This document shows, one piece after another, positions 56,501-62,500 of a stretch of DNA of 64,000 nucleotides. The notes under the pieces were generated by a model. The model was not told where the DNA came from. It saw only the letters and a list, made by a program, of their open reading frames with translations, and ran no database searches. The position numbers were made by a program, and so were the translations under genes. Where the stretch lies: contig JADFXT010000008.1 in NCBI GenBank assembly GCA_015233405.1, positions 11,250 to 75,249 on the forward strand, in the 5' to 3' direction. The number at the start of each line of letters is the position of its first letter. Position 1 is the first letter of the stretch. The stretch is from Candidatus Omnitrophota bacterium (GTDB lineage: Bacteria; Omnitrophota; Gorgyraeia; Zapsychrales; Zapsychraceae).

Positions 56501-59500
56501 TTCAATAATGTGCTTTAAGAATTTCTCCTTGCTGTCCAATGCGCCAGCCTTTTCTTGTAAAAGGATGATGTCCGCTAAAATCTGCCAGAAAACAATGGCC
56601 CTGACTTTTTGTGTCCCCGACTTATCTTTGCGAACATGGTATTGGCTGCCACCTTGAACGTCATCAAACACAACTTCCTGGTTATCGAAGCGATTGATGA
56701 GAACATACAGATGACCGTCTTCTTTAACGACTAAAGGCCCTAAAGCTTTCTCGAGCATCTTCTCTCTATCCTCGATCCACTCTTTTCTTTTCGATTCAAT
56801 AGCTTGTGCAATGTCTTTTTCTTCACGTCCTTTAAGCCCGTCAAGGAATTCTGTTGTCTTTTTAATCTCGGCGAGAATATCCTTTTTGTTCATCTTGGAA
56901 TAAGCCTGTAAAACAAGACTTGTTTCTCTGGCCAAGCGAGAATCAGTACCATCATTTCCCAACGAAATCAATTTGGCCCAGGCGAGAATCCTGACCCAAT
57001 AAAAATCATCATCGGCCAACTTGACCAATTTTTCATTACTGTTTGTTGTTATGACTTGCGAAACTCTATCTAACCATGTGAAAACCGCTGCCTGTTCTCC
57101 GGATTTTTTCATGATCCTTGCTTCAACTTTATCCACGACGCTTTGCAAAATGGTATTCAGTTCTTCGGTATAAACATCCACCTCATTTTCTTTTGCGGCG
57201 ATAACATTCTTTAAAAACTCAAAATCTTTCTTAAACAAGCCTTCTTGGTTATACATCACATCTAAATTCTTGATGAAGGCCTTAAAATGTTTAATGGACG
57301 GAGACGGCATGCTTAAATGGATGTCGGCGCGATCCTGGGCGAGCTTCTGGAGATAATACCAAACAACCCATAATCTGCGTCGGGTGGCGAGATCTCCGCA
57401 AAGAATTACTTCTTTAACCAAATCCTTAGCTTCTAAAGTAACCCCGACAATTTTTTGTAATATCATCGGCATGATCCGGGCATAATATTTTTCATAAGAA
57501 GCCTGATCGCTTCTCACCGCAGAAGGATAAACTGACTGAGTTAGATCGTTGGTGCCAAGGCTGACAAAATTAACAAAATCGTTTCCTACTCGTTTATTAA
57601 GAAGACGTCCGAGATTTTCAGCAGCCTCCTTGGTCTCTACCATAATGCCGATATCAAAAATCTTATCCTTCATTAATTCTTGAGCTTTGGCCGTCGAGAT
57701 AAGGCTATTGATAGCGTCTAGGTCGCCTAACATGTCGACCATCGGGAATTCAACTTTAAAATTCTTGAAACCTTCCTTGGACAAACGCATCAAGGCACGC
57801 AATTCTTGTCTGGCAAAAATAACTCCTAACGGATGTTCGATATACCATTTATTTCCTTTATAAAGCATAAACCTAAACGGTAACGGCATTTTATCGGCCA
57901 TACAATCGAGGATCCTAAACGTGACACTTGTTTCTCCGGCCGCTTGAAGGATTTCTCTGAAAACGTTTTCCAAATCAGACAAAGAAAATTCCAGGGTATT
58001 TGTAAAAAGATTTTCCGTCCGGACCAACCCTATGCCTTGAGCAGAATTTTCCACGGCCTTACGCACCGCCTCAGCTGTGTCTGCATTGGCAAGCACAATT
58101 GAATTAATCCTGGCCAAATCCATTAAATTGCGTTTAAGGAATTTTTGTTGATACGCTGTCACTTCAGCATTTTTATTTAACGATGCTTCAAATTCTTTTT
58201 GAGAAGAATCAGACGGAGATAAAAGCACGCTTCCGTCGGATAAAAGGAACGCCTCCTGGCCGTCTTTAAAAGAAGCGCTGGCATTGGAGTCTTTTAATAC
58301 GGCAACCGGAATATCAAAAGCCTGGGCCACAATCGCATAATGGCTTTGCAAGGAGCCGGTGCTATTAATAATGCCTTTCAGATTTTTGCCGAATATTCTC
58401 ATCAAGGAAGCGAGCTGGATAGGTGTCGGAATATAATGAAGCATCAGAATCACGTCCTTATCCTGGACGGATGGAATCACAAATTCCGCTTTTCCAAAAA
58501 GATAATCGGCGAGAAAATCAAATTTCCTCATGAGTTCAAGTTCAGCCTGAGAGGCATCGACAAAGAAAGAAGAATTACCGTTGGCATACAATTTGGAAAA
58601 TGCCGCAAAGGTGCCGTCTTCTTTCAATTGTTTGAGTGACTGGGCAACGGCTTCTTCATATAACACATATCTGGCGCTCAAATAGCCGGCTTGGCCCGAT
58701 AAAATATCTGATAACTCTCTAATAATATTAAAGAGGAAGGTTTTTTCAATCTGGGACACGATCTTAAAATAGGATTCATCGGCGGAATAATCCTTTTGAT
58801 TAGCCGTTTCCAAAAGAATCGCTGTTTCTAAAAAGAGGGCCTTTACGCGCGCCTTCGCTGCATGGCGGACAAGGTTACGGATATTATTTGTATCATAGTC
58901 ATATTGTAAAATTAATTCCTGCAAGACCTCCTCAAGGGCATCTTTAACTTCCTTAAAATTTGTTTGTTGCTTAACATAAAACTTGGGATCCTGGCCGGCC
59001 TCTAATTTTTTCTCTATCTCACCCTGAAACTGTTTGATCGCCGGCTCTACAAGATTTTCTAGACTATCAATAACCACTTGTTCCGCCCAAAAGCCAGGAG
59101 CTGTTACAAATCCATCAGCTGTTTGCTCTAAAACGACCTTCAGAAAATTGAACACGCTCGAATCTTTAAGCCCTGTTCTTTCAAAAACCCTTTCCATTCT
59201 TTCTAAAATAGAATTCTTAACATTCGTATATCGCTCAATTTCCTGAGACATCTTCTCTTTAATGGCGGCGTTGATTTTTTCCTGTTCCTGCGAAGCCGTC
59301 GAACCAGCATCCTCATTCTTATCGGAAACCAATAAAAAGGCGTTCGGGGATTTCAGATTCTCGACGATGATCTCATAGATGGATTTGGGACCTATCTTAT
59401 ATTCCTCAAGGCTCTTTCGACCGGCTACGCCTAATGTTTTTTCAAACAAACTAACAAGGTCTAAAGTAAAATTCGTCTCGATCAACTTTTCGGTCATAGT

Positions 59501-62500
59501 CTGTAAAACTTGTTCTAGGCGGACCGCCGGAGAAAATCCATAGACATTGTATTTAAGAATTTCAAGACCGCTGAGCGACTCAAAATTAATATGGCTGATA
59601 TCTTTAATAAAGATCTCAAAAATTCTTAAGGTCAGGATTTTATTAATGACCTCTCTCGACATATCCCTTGTAACCGCTGGAGCCATAAAGACTTGACCCC
59701 GGACATTTTTCTCGGCAGTGGTGACAACGGCAATGTGCTGCTCGACATTCAATTTCAATTGTTTTAACCAATCTGCGTCGGCAATAATTCCCAGAGAATT
59801 ATTCTCGAGAAATTGAATATGACTTAACAAAAGATTGTTTTGAATAAGGGTGGAGATGGTGAGTTTTCTGGCTTCTTCTTCGCTGGATCCCAACAAGTGC
59901 AGGAATTCATGGTCTTCAAAGATAATTCTCAATTGCTCTGGCGGGCCGCGTAAAATATTCGGATTAACATAAAGGACTTTTTGGTTTCCAACTTCCGCCG
60001 GAGCTTCCAACGCAGTCCTGATGACGACGTTATCAAAATTAAGTTCGATGCCTTTTGCCGCCAGCGCGTCTTTTCCGCCAAACGCCGTAACGATCGTCTC
60101 AAGCTCTTCTGTCTTTGGAGCTCTGTCCGATTGAGGCTTTGTCGGCATCGTCGCCGGATATTGTTGTTTGGTAGCAATTCCTTCTTTTGCATAGACCGCA
60201 ATATACGTCCCTAACGGCCTTTCCACAGAAAATATTTTACCGGTGCATGACTCTGTCCTTGGCTTGGCGATACGATATTCTTCGACGTTTTCTTCTCGCT
60301 GATAAGTCTTCACATCCGCGCTCGTACCCAGAAGGACAGCGTCTTTGATATTATTTTCCAATAAGACCTCAACAAATTCGTCAATGGTGATGTTTTCAAA
60401 AACAGCCACACGGACCAATTGTCTTTCTGCATTATAACCGATCGCGGACATTGCCATTTTCTGGTCTCTGGCCCAAATCAATTGCTGGCTTTCTAAGGAC
60501 GGCTTGGCGTTAAATTGAATGTCGTCAAGATTGTTCTTTCCATTAACGATGATGGCCTGGCCGGCTATGGCATTTCGCGGCAGAACACCTTCTGTCAAAA
60601 TTCCATTGGTAAACTGGACCTTTACAAGATTTCTATTTTCTTTATCAAAACTCACAAACCAGAACAGGCCATTTAATGGCGTATATTCTTTCTGGAACAA
60701 CCCTTTGGCCCCTTGGGATTTCGCATATAATTTTCCGTTAATCACGGTCAAGAACGCGGGCTCCCAATGGCTTTGAGAACCATTAAACACGAATATTGGC
60801 CGTCGGCCTGACGGTGTTGACTCAACAAATTCCTTCATCGTTAATCCAATCGCTGCGCCGGGTTCTTTATCCTTTTCGCTCACAGGATTTTCCATAAAAT
60901 CTCGCGCCAACACATTTTTATCCGCATAAAGCTCAACGTCCACTTTATCCAAATCCATAGAAGTCACTTCGAAATCCCTGATGATAGACTCGGCCTGCGC
61001 CACGATTTCATTATCAGCTATTTCGACGCTAGAAACACGGCCTTGCAAGGAGGATTGAGCTGAAAGATCTGAATTTCTGGAAAGATTTCTTCTTCTCTCT
61101 TTCTTAGAAGCTTCCAAATCTTTCATAAATTGCTCTGATTTTAATTCTGCGATTCTTTGTTCATGACGCTCTACTTCCTGCTTATAAAATCCGAGAACTC
61201 TGGCATTTGTGGCTTCTTGAATTTGAGAATTCAAAATATTGATAGCTTCACGAATCTGTTCTTCGTATTTTCTGATGGCCTCTTCACGATTCAGCGACCA
61301 ATCTTCATTAATTTCCTTATCAGCTTTTTCTAATATTTCCCAACGCTTAAAAGTCTTTTGGATATACATCGGATTCTTTTCCTGTAATAGCGCAACAACT
61401 TCATCCGGAGCAATATCAAAAATTCGCTCTTTGTTTCCTAAAATATCGAGATGATTCTCCGCTACTTCGAGCATCATGCGAGCTAATTGTCTTTGATGAG
61501 GGACGATTAAATGATGACCATCTTCCCGAAGAGTGGTTTCTTGTTTGGAAAGAGCAACAGTTTTCTTTAAATTCGGGAATTTTGAGAAGATTTCTACAGC
61601 CGCATCTTCAATTTCTCTTCTATCCTGCAAGACTTTCAATAAATCGCCTTCCAAAATACTCTCTTTTTGATCAATCTGGGCTTGAGATACTTGTAACAAA
61701 AGATTTCTTCTTTCTGCATCTGACAAAATGCTCCAATCTGTTTTATACTCACGCGCCACTAAATAACGGATATAATTTCTTAATAAAAGATATAGCGCGT
61801 TATCCTTGGATTTAATTTTCTGCATGGTCAACTCTTTGTCCTGCTCTACTTCCACAAATTCCTGACAAAGCAACGTAGCAAGCTCAAACTTAACAATCGC
61901 GGCATTAACAACTCTCTCCTGAAGATCGTTTAAATATTCTTCAGTATCCGATAAGACATCAAAATTCTCTTTGCTCTTCTTGAATTTTAAGGACCATGCA
62001 TCAATCGTCGCGTAAATATCCGGATATTTCTCCTTAAGAACATCCGCCAACTGCTCCTTTGAATTATTAAGGAACACGGCATGCAATTGCGGATTCATCC
62101 GGATTATTTCCAACACAGCATAAATTTCTTTGTCTTTATCACGGGATAAATCTCGACGCTTATAGAGAGGCAAATCTTTAATAGAAGCTTCTCTAAATAT
62201 TTCCTGGAATTCTCGGTTGATATAATCTAACTGATCAAATAAATAAACAATATTTAAAGTCCCATTGAGCCAATAAGCAAAATGCATCCACGTAAAAATT
62301 GTTATTAATTGATCCATAGCCGCTTCGACATTTTCCGGCGTCAAATGATCGATTGTTTTCATAAATGTTCTATAATCCTCATATCCCTGCCATCTGGCCT
62401 CGAAAAGGCCTTTGAGGTCATCAATATTAAAATCCTTTAATTGAGTCAGGAAATAAAAAATGCTTTTGGGATCATCATATCTAATTTTATGGAAAAGCCC

